Part shown: positions 40,925-51,677 of the stretch, piece after piece
How the letters are laid out: the number at the start of each line of letters is the position of its first letter
Position numbering within the stretch: position 1 is the first letter of the stretch
Source: Calditrichia bacterium
GTDB taxonomy: Bacteria > Calditrichota > Calditrichia > JAJRVZ01
NCBI GenBank assembly: GCA_963796965.1
Contig: CAWCNS010000004.1
Location: 64,001-128,000 of the forward strand
Reading direction: 5' to 3'
DNA: 64,000 bases
Made by a program: the position numbers and the translations under genes
The notes under the pieces: generated by a model
What the model was told of the DNA's origin: nothing
The model's input: only the letters and a program-made list of their open reading frames with translations
Databases searched by the model: none

Positions 40925-41794
40925 CTATCCCCTCACACTCGCCTCAGGAATTCTTTTAAGAAGATCTTTAAACTGCTCCGGGCTTTCCTGGCCGATAGTA
41001 AAGTGATCAATAAAATCATGACCAAGATGGTATTGTAGACATTCATCCCGTTTGTCGATTAACTTACCTGCGCCGAAAACTTTCATACCAATTATCCCTT
41101 TTCCCTGTTTCTTCATTTGCTTTAATACCCCGGCCACTGTTTCCGGATCAGCGTCCATGGCAATACTGCCCGGATTAAAACGTACCAAATCCACCTGCAC
41201 CCAGTCTGATTCTGCAGCGGCTTTAAGGGCCGGTAAAGAATGACAGGAGACCCCATGGGCCTTAACGATACCATCTTCCCTGGCAGCACTTAGGACATCT
41301 CTAACCGCTTTTTTCTCTTCCGGCCAATCACCACTTTCCAGAGCATGTAATAAGACGATATCCAGATAATCCGTGCCGATCTCCTTACGAAAACGATCCA
41401 AATCATTTTTCATTTCTTTTTCAGTTTTGGCCCTGGTTTTTGTTAGGATGGTGACTTTTTCCCGGGGAATTTTTTTGAGGGCTTCTTTCAGATGGGGATG
41501 GGAACCGTATTGATCAGCGGAATCCCAGAATACAACCCCGTTATCGTATGCAAAATGCAGCATATCAGATAATCCCTTTATACCCAGTTGGCGTGTTTGA
41601 TTGGAACTGCCATTCCACCCATGGGTTCCTGTCCCCATTGCCAGCCGGGAAGTTTTGATGCCTGTATTTCCCAAGGTTACAATATCCTGGGCATATTTTT
41701 TGGTTTCTCCGGCGAGAAGATGATAGGGAAAAGATGGAAGAGAAAGGAATCCTGCCGTTTGCAGACTTGTCTTGATAAAGTCACGACGTCTCAT
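40925..41794 (-). CDS. Aldo/keto reductase with twin-arginine leader
   Basis: MRRRDF; LGNTG..SRLAMGTG, WDSADQYG, DYLDIVLLH, GVSCH, GMKVFG. Confidence 0.9.
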   Translation of the reverse strand: MRRRDFIKTSLQTAGFLSLPSFPYHLLAGETKKYAQDIVTLGNTGIKTSRLAMGTGTHGWNGSSNQTRQLGIKGLSDMLHFAYDNGVVFWDSADQYGSHPHLKEALKKIPREKVTILTKTRAKTEKEMKNDLDRFRKEIGTDYLDIVLLHALESGDWPEEKKAVRDVLSAAREDGIVKAHGVSCHSLPALKAAAESDWVQVDLVRFNPGSIAMDADPETVAGVLKQMKKQGKGIIGMKVFGAGKLIDKRDECLQYHLGHDFIDHFTIGQESPEQFKDLLKRIPEASVRG

Positions 41795-42012
41795 TATTAC
41801 CTCGCAGTCTTTACAAGTTATCCATAGTTTCTAATGTATATACTATATAAGGTAAAATAGCGAAAGTTTATTTCAAAGGTTTTTATTTACTTAGTAGAAT
41901 AAAATTTCATTTGAAATCATACCAATATAGTGATATTTTTGCCTTTCATCGGGTGAACCCACCTGATTAATTGTTATATTCCCTAATCTTCTAATTTTAG
42001 CAGGTATTGTTG

Positions 42013-44589
42013 ATGAAAATAAAATTATTGATCTTCATACTCTTATTAAGCACATCCTTATATGGACAGATTGATTTAAGTTATTATTTACCTGATGGAT
42101 GAGTTATGATTCCGAAATTACAACTCCCAAAAAAGCATTTGGATTTGAAATTGGAGAGTGGCATTTAAGTCCTGAACAAACTCTCAATTATCTGCAAATT
42201 TTAGATCAGGAAAGTGATCGTATAAAAATAATTCCATGGGTAAATCATACGAGCAAAGACCCACTGTTCTGATGATTATTTCATCACCTACAAATCATGA
42301 ATAATTTGGAGGGGATCCGGGAAAAACCCGTTCTCAACTTATTTGATCCCAAAGGAGAGATCAGATAAATATAGAAGAAATTACCGGGTGTGGTTTGGTT
42401 GGGTTATAGCATTCATGGTAATGAGGCCAGCGGGCATAATGCTGTTCCGCTTGTTGCTTATTATCTGGCCGCGGCCAATCCGGGAAAATCGACAAATTTT
42501 GGATAATACAGTTATATTCATTGAGCCTTTTATAAATCCGGATGGATTAAACCGTTTTTCTACCTGGGTTAATATGCATAAGAGCAAAAATCTTGTAAGC
42601 GATTCCTTTCATCGTGAGCATAAAGAATATTGGCCCTTTGGCCGGACGAATCATTATTGGTTTGATCTAAACCGTGACTGGATGCCCGCCCAGCATCCGG
42701 AAACCCAGGGTCGTTTACCTCATCTATACCAGTGGATGCCTAATATTATCACAGATCATCATGAAATGGGAACCAATGCCACCTTTTTCTTCCAACCCGG
42801 TGTCAAAAGTCGAAATAATCCTTTAGTACCACAACGTACATATGATCTCACAGAGAAGATTGGCACTTATCATGCAAAAGCCCTGGATAAACTTGGTGCA
42901 CTTTATTTTAGTGGAGAGATCTTTGATGATTTTTATATCGGCAAAGGATCGACCTTACCTGATATTATTGGTATGATAGGAATATTATTTGAGCAAGCCA
43001 GTGTGCGCGGTCATTTACAGGAGAGTGAAAATGGTGAGATATCTTTTGCTTACGCCATCAGAAATCAATTCACCACCTCTCTTTCAACCCTCGAAGCAGC
43101 CATGGAAATGCGTCAGGAACTCAATCTGTATCAGCGAGATTTTTTTAAAGAGGCATATCGCCTGGCAGAGAAAGATAAAAATGTTGCTTATGTCCTCGGA
43201 TCGATAGATAGTAAGCGAAATCATGAACTCAAAAAACTTCTTCATCTTCATCAGATAAATGTTTATGACTTAAAAAAAGATATTACATTAAACAATTATC
43301 CCTTTAAAAAGAATCGTGATTTCATTATTCCCCTTAAGCAAAATCAATACCGGCTAATCAAATCGCTGTTCGAGGAAAGAACATCATTCCAGGATAGTCT
43401 ATTCTATGATATTTCTACCTGGAACCTGGCCCGGTCATTCAATCTGCGGTTTGCAAAAGTAAAATCTGAATCAAGATTAAATGAAGTGAAGGGAGAGGAA
43501 TATTCAGGTAAATCGCTCAGACCGGGAGTGGTGAAGACAGATCCGGATCTGTATGCCTATCTCATGCCCTGGGACTCATATAATACAACACGCGCCCTTC
43601 ATTTGTTGCTAAGCAAAGGTGTTCGTTGCAAAGTGGCTCAAAAAACCTTTGATCTCTCGGTTGGTGGGGAGGTGAAGTCTTTTAAAGAAGGGACGATCCT
43701 GATACCAGTTGCAGCACAAAGGTTAAATGGAAATGAGTTGGAAACGGTGATGAATAAAATCGCTGAAGAAAATGGAATTGATATTTTTGGAGTCTCAACC
43801 GGATATTCAACAAAAGGAATTAAACTGGGGAGTTTTAATTTTGCTGCACTTGAACAAGTTAAGCCCTTATTAATTGTTGGGGATGGTATAAGTCCCAATG
43901 AAGCGGGAGAAGTATGGCATTTGCTCGATCAGCGATTGGATATTACTTGTCCGATGATTGATATTGGTTTCTTTAACAATCTTGATTTTTCTCCTTATAA
44001 TGTTATGATCATGGTTAGTGGTAATTATTCTGAAATAGATTCTTCGGGGATCTCACATTTAAAAGATTGGCTGAACTTTGGGGGTACCCTTATCGCCACA
44101 CGTTCCGCAAATAAATGGCTGAACGAAGCAAAGATCGCGAAGATTGAGTATAGAGAAGCGAAAAAAGTCAATAAAGATACAGTCACAGTACGAAGAAAAT
44201 TTGGAGATGCAAGGACTATCAGAGGTGCTCAGGCCATAGGAGGTAGCATTTTTAAAGCTGATCTGGATTTATCCCATCCCCTTGGATATGGATTTGAGAA
44301 TGCGAAAATACCCATTTTTAAACGCTCACAAGTATTTATCAAGCAAAATGCGAATCCCTATGATACGCCTGCGTTGTTTATGAAAAACGCGCTTTTGAGC
44401 GGTTATATATCAAAGCAAAACTATGAATTATTGGAGAACTCTGCAGCCATTAATATTTTTGGTAAAGGGGATGGACGCATCATATCTTTTACGGAGAACC
44501 CCAATTTTAGAGCTGTCTGGTATGGTACGAATCGCTTATTTATGAATGCGCTTATGTTTGGGCAGATTATTGAGAGTCCGAAATATTAG
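42013..44589 (+). CDS. M14-family zinc carboxypeptidase (frameshifts in 42090-42480)
   Basis: Signal peptide from ATG 42013; shifted-frame YSIHGNEASG; INPDGLNRF, GRTNHYWFDLNRDW, DHHEMG, LFEQAS. Confidence 0.88.
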
Positions 44590-44805
44590 ATAATTTGTAA
44601 TTAGGAATTGGGGATTCGCAATGTAAGACAGGCGATTTCTAATTCAATTTTCCGGTTGTCATCCTGCAAGGATCTTCTGGCGTGCAGCACCTAATATGAT
44701 TTTAGACCTAAAGCGTTGGTGAAAGAGTTCGGATTAAAGTGAAAGAAGCCCAATAAGGGAAAATAAAAACAATATCTTACCTTAATAGCTATAGTGAGGA
44801 TAAAA

Positions 44806-46962
44806 ATGAAAAGTGTCATAGTCATTATGATTGTTGTTCTTGTAACAGGATTTAATAAGGCAAGGGCAAATAATAACCCGATGGGGGAATCCGGAACCCA
44901 ATTGGTTTACCGCCACTCTGAATCAGGCAAACTCCCTGGGAATGTTGTACGCCAAATTGAATTGACCCTTGGAAAGAAAGAAATAAAAAATAATATTTCT
45001 TCTCAATGGTTTCACTTATCCACACAGAAAGAAAATGGTGAATCATTTCAAGTATGGCTGTTATGTTCTGAATATCCTGCTATTTCCTCAAAAACTGCCC
45101 GGGAACAGGTAGGTAGATATATCTTACAAGTTGGTGATAATAAAGCCATTGAATATACCCATCATCTTAATAATACGGCCATCTTACCCACCACCGGCGC
45201 CTGGTCCTATCTGATACCCCGTGACAATAAACAAAAGAGTCCTTTCGAAACTAATGCAAAAAAAGTACAGATACTTGGTCATAATTATCAGTTGAAGAGC
45301 AGCAGGGATAATGGCGTAATTAGTTTACCAGAGACAATTCACCAAATTCAACTTTCTCCGGATTTATTGATTGGCGTGCCGCATAACACCCGCCAAAAGG
45401 ATGAAACACGACTCTATGATGAATCTGACTACGAACTCATTCCATTGTTGAAAGAGGATTACAAAGAGATGATTGAATCCGGATTTACCTGTTTCAGGGT
45501 GGATACTGAACAATTGAAATGGATTGAAGATGAGAATGTATATTATTGGGGTATAGGTAGCAAAGATATTAAATATCCCGAAGATCTTTATAAAAGCAAT
45601 TATATTGGACCGGCCCTCTATTTTGATGAACCCATGGTCAGAACCAAAGATTATGTCGTTAAACCAAAACTAAAAAAAGATCCTTCACTACGGAAATCTC
45701 TGACAGTGCAGAAAATGTTAGAAGAATTTAAGGCTCTTTATCATGAGACAAAATATGAAGAGGGCCCCACAAGATTAATTAAAGGATTAAAAGATCGGGA
45801 GGACGTAGACACCGGTGATATGGATTTTCTACAGCAAAATTTATATACCTGGGAGACGATGGTCAGTTCGGCCATATATCAATTGAGTGAAGGTGAAACT
45901 TTACCCCCCAATGCTATGGTTTTTGAACCACCCGGTCGTTTTGGGTCCCGTCGGGTTCTTCCCGAATTGAATATGTGCTTCGATTGTCAGATCCCGGTTG
46001 ATTATACGAAGAATCTTTCCGATATGGTTTTTAGTTTTCTGCGGGGAGCTGCGCGTTTGACAGGCAAAGAATGGGGAACAAGTATCTATGGGGCTGTAGA
46101 TGAACGTGATATTTTTTGGTTGTTAACACATGCTTATGATTTAGGGGCCACCCGCTTTTTTTATTGGGACAATTATCAGTTGGCTTGTGTTCCCTACAGT
46201 GAATCCCTGGCTATGACCAAACATTTACGTGCCCATATTAGAAATAATCCATATCGCAATATGGATAAACTTAAGAAATCTGCAGAAATTGCCATCCTTC
46301 TTCCACCGGGGTATAATCTTGGCCATGTTTATATGGGCCGGGGCGGTTTATGGGCATTACCAGAGTTACACCGTGAACGGTTAAACCAGTTTGGTGTCGC
46401 CTACCGGCAAGTAATGAGCAATTTTTACACTGAAGTAGAACGTTGTTTGCGTCTGGGTATTGAATTTGATTCCTTCTGGCATCTCGATAAAATTAAATTG
46501 GAAGGATATAGAGAAGTTATTGACATACGCGAAGATGGAAAGGTTGAAATCCGGCAGGGAGAAAAAAATATTTTATTGGAACGGGCACGAATTCCAGAGC
46601 GACCAGAAGGAGAAGCACCAAAATTAACTGTTGATGTATCAGTTGAAAATGGTAATGTGCTGATTGCCCGAGCAAATGTTATCGAGGGATCTGCCCCTAT
46701 ATTTTATACCCAGGGTGCGGATAAAAACGGTGTCTATAATAATATTTATGTCCTTTGGGAATTGTTCGGTCCGGAAGAAGAAGATTATTATTATCCCTGG
46801 ACAGAATCGTGGCAGATAAAGGTGGATGAGAAAAACACCCATGTTGAAACTGAGATAAAACTTCCCTTGAAAAAACCAGGCACCTATCGTTTGCGTGCTG
46901 CCACTTCAGATTTGGCTGGAAGAAGTACGGTAGTTTGGAAAGAGGTGCAGGTGGGGAAATGA
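44806..46962 (+). CDS. Secreted hypothetical protein, possibly with a glycoside-hydrolase-like barrel
   Basis: Signal peptide; long ORF; FDEP, WGTSIYG, AYDLGA..F.YW. Confidence 0.65.
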   Translation: MKSVIVIMIVVLVTGFNKARANNNPMGESGTQLVYRHSESGKLPGNVVRQIELTLGKKEIKNNISSQWFHLSTQKENGESFQVWLLCSEYPAISSKTAREQVGRYILQVGDNKAIEYTHHLNNTAILPTTGAWSYLIPRDNKQKSPFETNAKKVQILGHNYQLKSSRDNGVISLPETIHQIQLSPDLLIGVPHNTRQKDETRLYDESDYELIPLLKEDYKEMIESGFTCFRVDTEQLKWIEDENVYYWGIGSKDIKYPEDLYKSNYIGPALYFDEPMVRTKDYVVKPKLKKDPSLRKSLTVQKMLEEFKALYHETKYEEGPTRLIKGLKDREDVDTGDMDFLQQNLYTWETMVSSAIYQLSEGETLPPNAMVFEPPGRFGSRRVLPELNMCFDCQIPVDYTKNLSDMVFSFLRGAARLTGKEWGTSIYGAVDERDIFWLLTHAYDLGATRFFYWDNYQLACVPYSESLAMTKHLRAHIRNNPYRNMDKLKKSAEIAILLPPGYNLGHVYMGRGGLWALPELHRERLNQFGVAYRQVMSNFYTEVERCLRLGIEFDSFWHLDKIKLEGYREVIDIREDGKVEIRQGEKNILLERARIPERPEGEAPKLTVDVSVENGNVLIARANVIEGSAPIFYTQGADKNGVYNNIYVLWELFGPEEEDYYYPWTESWQIKVDEKNTHVETEIKLPLKKPGTYRLRAATSDLAGRSTVVWKEVQVGK

Positions 46963-46968
46963 CATAGA

Positions 46969-47164
46969 GGTCCACGGATTACACTAATTTCACGAATTCA
47001 ATTTTAATTATTTTGAATAGGACAATCGTTCATAAGATTTCGTCAACTCTTCTGATGTGTTCTTATAAGGCCTTAATATGCTAACTCATTTTTCCGCATC
47101 TCAATAAAAAACAAAATAATTTAATTTATTTCTTAATTCGTGAAATTAGTGTAATCCGTGGACC
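46969..47164. repeat. Element with perfect 30 bp terminal inverted repeats (CACGGATTA/CACTAATTT/CACGAATT 9-mer units)
   Basis: GGTCCACGGATTACACTAATTTCACGAATT at 46969-46998; exact reverse complement at 47135-47164. Confidence 0.92.
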
Positions 47165-47200
47165 GATCTTTAAAACATGACGGGTCTAAGGGGACCTAGA

Positions 47201-47758
47201 TTAAGACCAAAGCCAGCCAAAGGTTCCTGCAGTAACCAGAGCATATATCAGTCCGTCAATGGTATTCTTGATCGTGGTACTCCATTTGCGTTTATACCAG
47301 ATTGAATTTTGCCATCCGGCAACGGTATAAGCAATAAAGGCCGTGACCCCCACAAATCTAAAAACAGCAAGATAATGCGCCTCCGGACCCAGAGCCCTGC
47401 CAGCCACATAGGCTGCAAATATGCCGACCACAATCGAATAAACAAACCACAATGTCAGACTCATCCCCATTTTTGGAGGTCCACTCTCCATAACCGTTAG
47501 CATCGCAACGGGACCTTTTTTTGCTTTTTCGATATAGGCCGGTTCAGCCATATCCTTTGCTGTGGCAGCCCGGGGCATGGCATATTCACCCTGTGGAATA
47601 TTATACTTACTCAAATCATCCATTATCTTATCTTCTTCTGGTAACTTGGCAAAATCATTTTGATGATATTTCAAAACCATATGGATAATGGAACTGACAA
47701 TAAATACGAAAACGGCTGATAAAAGAATCGGCAGCCATAAAGACATAATGGGTATCAT
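47201..47758 (-). CDS. Conserved hypothetical membrane protein (~4 TM)
   Basis: RBS AAGGAG; SSIIHM..YH..D, GEYxxP, DGLIYALVTAGTFGWLW. Confidence 0.8.
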   Translation of the reverse strand: MIPIMSLWLPILLSAVFVFIVSSIIHMVLKYHQNDFAKLPEEDKIMDDLSKYNIPQGEYAMPRAATAKDMAEPAYIEKAKKGPVAMLTVMESGPPKMGMSLTLWFVYSIVVGIFAAYVAGRALGPEAHYLAVFRFVGVTAFIAYTVAGWQNSIWYKRKWSTTIKNTIDGLIYALVTAGTFGWLWS

Positions 47759-48283
47759 AGTTTTCTCCTTTTTTCTGTTTGATTATTTAATTTTTGAATT
47801 TCTATAAATGTAGTATGCCCTATAACGCAAAAAAAGTGTGATTTTATTCTTAATTCCCCAAAAATTATTTTTTTTCATATCAGCCTATCTGCATGACGAA
47901 TTCTGTGATTAATTATTGCCGAACCCTATAATCTTTCAATCTATCCTCTTTTACTGCAAAAACGCAAAAAACTTTATGAGAGCAGAAAACCAAAGACCTG
48001 AAAGCAGGACCTTAGTTATCTAATTTCAAGATATTAGAATTTTACTGAACATAATCTTAAAACAATGAGAAGATAACATCGAGAACAAGTTTTTTTCTCT
48101 TATAAGAGATTTTTAACTGCTTTCGGCATTCAGCGCTCTGCTTTCCTAACTCTTTATAATCAAAAATTGACATTGCATCTTTTCCTATTGCTGAGTAATA
48201 TCCCCTACCGGAAATTATCCCCGACCTTAATTCAAACTCCAGAAACAATTTACTGACAATGAAATAATATTCTTGAGGATATC

Positions 48284-50314
48284 ATGCATTGGAAAAATTT
48301 CTTTCTCTTCTCTCTCATCTCTTTTCTCTTCTCAAATCCGGGTTGTAATTCGATTCCGGAAGGGATACACAAACTCACTTGGAATTAAATTTGTTTGTAT
48401 CGAGAGCGGACAATTCGATATGGGACAGAATGAAGGCGGTGACTTTGACGAAGCTCCTGTCCATCAGGTGGAAATAAGTGAGCCATTTTTATTATCAATA
48501 ACGGAGATTACGAATCAACAATACGAGCAATTTGATCCGGATCATAAGGTGTTGCGTGGACAGCATGGATTATCTGATGATGATGACGAATCTGTTGTCA
48601 ATGTTTCCTGGAATGATGCGGTGAAATTTTGTAAATGGTTATCGGAAAAAGAAGGAAAAAACTATCGTTTACCTACAGAGGCGGAATGGGAATATGCCTG
48701 TCGGGCTGGAACCAGGACTGCTTTTTCAACGGGTGATACATTATCAGGAGTCTATTATAGATCTCAAAAAAACGATTGGAAGTTTGAAAAGATCTCCTTA
48801 AAAGTTGCCTCCACACCTGCAAATTCCTGGGGTTTGCATGATATGCACGGCAATGTGGAAGAATGGTGTTCTGATTGGTATGGTCCCTATGAAGATAAAA
48901 AGCAGACCGATCCGGTAGGAAGAATTGATGGTGATTTTAAAGTTACCAGGGGCGGAAGCCATAACACGAATCTCGCCTATTTAAGGTCTGCAAACCGTGC
49001 GGGGACACTTCCTGGTGATCGAAATGTGATGATTGGTTTCAGGATCGTTCAGGCAGATCCGCCCAAGGAAAATTATCTTTTATTACCGAACAAAGAGATC
49101 TGGGCGGAAAACGTCAAACAGGAACAATGGCAGATCCCGGATAATTGGGCTGGGGAAAAGCCCTTCTTTGCAGGACCTGATCTTTATGTAAAAATACCTG
49201 AGAATTCAAAAGGTCCCCTGTTCTCCCGACATAATCACTGTCCTGATCTGGTTGTATGCCCAAATGGGGACGTAATGGCAGTTTGGTATACAACAGTCAC
49301 TGAATCTGGTCGAGAGCTGGCATTGGCGGGAGCCGTTGGCGTTATGATACTAAAGAATGGGATCCGGCTTCACCATTTTGGGATGCACCGGATCGCAATG
49401 ATCACGCCACATCGCTCTGGTGGGATGGGACAGAAACCCTCTATCATTTTAACGGACTAAGCAGTGATGCCACCTGGGGTAAATTGGCCTTAATAATGCG
49501 CAAAAGTATTGATAATGGTGTGACCTGGTCGAAAGCAAAGATTATAAACGCCAAACATGGGTTGAGAAATATGCCCATTGCCGGTGTCATTCAAACGCAG
49601 GACGGCTCGGTTATCATTAAATGTGATGCCGTCACTGGTGGGCATGGGGGAACGGCGATTCATATCAGTAGAGATGGTGGTGAAACCTGGGTTGATCCTG
49701 GGGCCGGACAGCCAAAACCTGAATTCAAAGCAGGCAAAACAGGTGCCTGGATTGCCGGTATACATGCTGGTCTAGTGGAATTGAAGGACGGCCGATTCCT
49801 CAGCTTTTGGCCGTGGCGATGCGATCCAAAACAAAATGCCACAGAGTATCTCATCGGATATGGGTAAAACCTGGACTTATTCAGCCAGCCCCTTTCCGGA
49901 AATTGGGGGTGGTCAGCGCCTGGCACTGTTACGATTGAAAGAAGGTCCTATCATTCTTATATCTTTTACCGATTCCAGCAAAAAGAGAAAAAACCGGAGT
50001 TGGGATGCGGCAGAAGGGATGTCTCTTTATACCCGTGATGGGAAGAAGGAAAAAGCCTATCGGAATGTTTGCTGCTCTATCCTTTCGATGAAGGTAAAAC
50101 CTGGCCGCTCAGAAAGCTGATTACACCAGATGAGGGAAGTCAGCAAGTGGCAGGTGGTGGTCATACACTTACCTTTCCACTTGATCGCACCCATGCAGAA
50201 CCTATGGGATATCTGGCGATCAGGCAGGGACAGGATGGGATCATTCATTTGATATCCAGTGCGAATCATTACCGTTTTAATCTGGCCTGGCTCACTCGTG
50301 ATACAGCGTTCTAA
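48284..50314 (+). CDS. FGE-sulfatase (SUMF1/EgtB/PvdO) domain fused to BNR/sialidase-like propeller; multiple frameshifts
   Basis: Start MHWKNFFLFS..PGC at 48284; RLPTEAEWEYACRAG, NSWGLHDMHGNVEEW; Asp-boxes SIDNGVTW, SRDGGETW, SSDMGKTW, FDEGKTW across four ORFs. Confidence 0.82.
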
Positions 50315-50396
50315 GATAGAGTGAAAATTGTAGAGAGTAGAGCGTGGAGCGTGAGACGTGAAAAGGGAAGATAGAGGAGAGAAGTGGGTAGAGAAT

Positions 50397-50481
50397 GTAG
50401 GGGCGGGCCGTTGGCCCGCCCTATCTTACGCAATGAGTAGCGGGTAAAGCGTTGAGAATAGGGGCGCATTGCCATGCGCCC
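50397..50481 (+). repeat. Two GTAG-type REP-like hairpins
   Basis: GTAG-GGGCGGGCC-GTT-GGCCCGCCC and ATAG-GGGCGCAT-TGCC-ATGCGCCC. Confidence 0.75.
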
Positions 50482-50637
50482 TTTGTCTGTCAGCTGCACA
50501 ATGCACCGAAGTATAGAGTAATTGTCATTCAGTCCCGCAACGCGATCCCGTCTCGGGATAGGAATCTTCCTCGTTGGAGAATCTTTATGGGATGATGACT
50601 ATAGATATATAGGTATTTATATTGTAAGGATTTAACA

Positions 50638-51627
50638 ATGAAATCAATTTTTTTTAATAAGAGGATACAAATCCGGATTCTGATGTTCACTCTTCTTGTG
50701 CAACCTGTGCTGGCCCAACAGCCAGGTGGTACAGGTCTGTCTTCTGCCTTATTTGAATTACGGGAGATGGATATGCATATCCATGCCGGCAAAGAACGTG
50801 AGATTCCACTTGATCAATGGATTGATTTGTCTGTAAAGGACGGGCGTAAAATCATGGTGTTACTGGATCATCTTGAATTATACCGTGTGTCCGAAGAAGA
50901 AAATAAAAAATGGTCGGAGGAACGCAATTTTCAGGACTGGTATCCGGTTGGTACAAAGGGGCATTCGGCCCTAATGAATGATCTGGCAGCAGCAGAAAAT
51001 CGTACCGATGTCATCACTTTTCGCGGTTGGGAAATTTATGAGGGTGAAATGGATACGGGTATTGAGGCCGAGCCTATGAAGCTGGCGGAAGTAATTGGCT
51101 GGCATATCTCTCCTAATAATGGTCGAAAGGCCCCGGATGGGCAAACCTTACTTAAAAGAGCTTCTCAGATCATTACCCTGCAAAAAGAGTTTCCGATACC
51201 GATGATCCTGTTTCACCCATTTTCCATGCGAATAGAGAATTTACAGCGGACGGCACAAAAATCAGGGCGGGATATTACCTCAATATCTGTAGAAGATTAC
51301 CGCTTTTTCCAACCCAGTGAACAGGAGCAGCTGGTCGAACTGCTTCGCGGTAAATCCGTATATATCGAAATTTCCCATGGGCTGGCTCAATATTGGGAAG
51401 ATAAAGCAGTGCGCCAAGCAGTTATGGAGGATATCGGACCTCTGGTGGAGGGCGGTTTACAGTTCACAGTTTCTACTGATGCTCATGGTGTTCGAAGTTT
51501 CGTGAAACCGTTTGATCCTGGCTATTATTGTAAGGAGCTGGATATTACTCCTGAGAATACCAATACACTTGTCAGGGAACTATTGGTCATCCGCGCCAAA
51601 AGGAATTTATCCCTAGGCAAACCCTGA
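50638..51627 (+). CDS. Secreted PHP-like (polymerase/histidinol phosphatase fold) metallo-hydrolase
   Basis: Signal peptide; DMHIH, LLDH, GWE, LFHP, STDAH metal-ligand pattern. Confidence 0.65.
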   Translation: MKSIFFNKRIQIRILMFTLLVQPVLAQQPGGTGLSSALFELREMDMHIHAGKEREIPLDQWIDLSVKDGRKIMVLLDHLELYRVSEEENKKWSEERNFQDWYPVGTKGHSALMNDLAAAENRTDVITFRGWEIYEGEMDTGIEAEPMKLAEVIGWHISPNNGRKAPDGQTLLKRASQIITLQKEFPIPMILFHPFSMRIENLQRTAQKSGRDITSISVEDYRFFQPSEQEQLVELLRGKSVYIEISHGLAQYWEDKAVRQAVMEDIGPLVEGGLQFTVSTDAHGVRSFVKPFDPGYYCKELDITPENTNTLVRELLVIRAKRNLSLGKP

Positions 51628-51677
51628 TCCAGTACCAGTCAATAAAAAAAACACCTCAGAAATAGGAAATACTTATT

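Noticed and set aside
50311..50499. 62 aa minus-strand ORF
   Set aside because: It is the translation of REP-like hairpins and GAGCGTG heptamers
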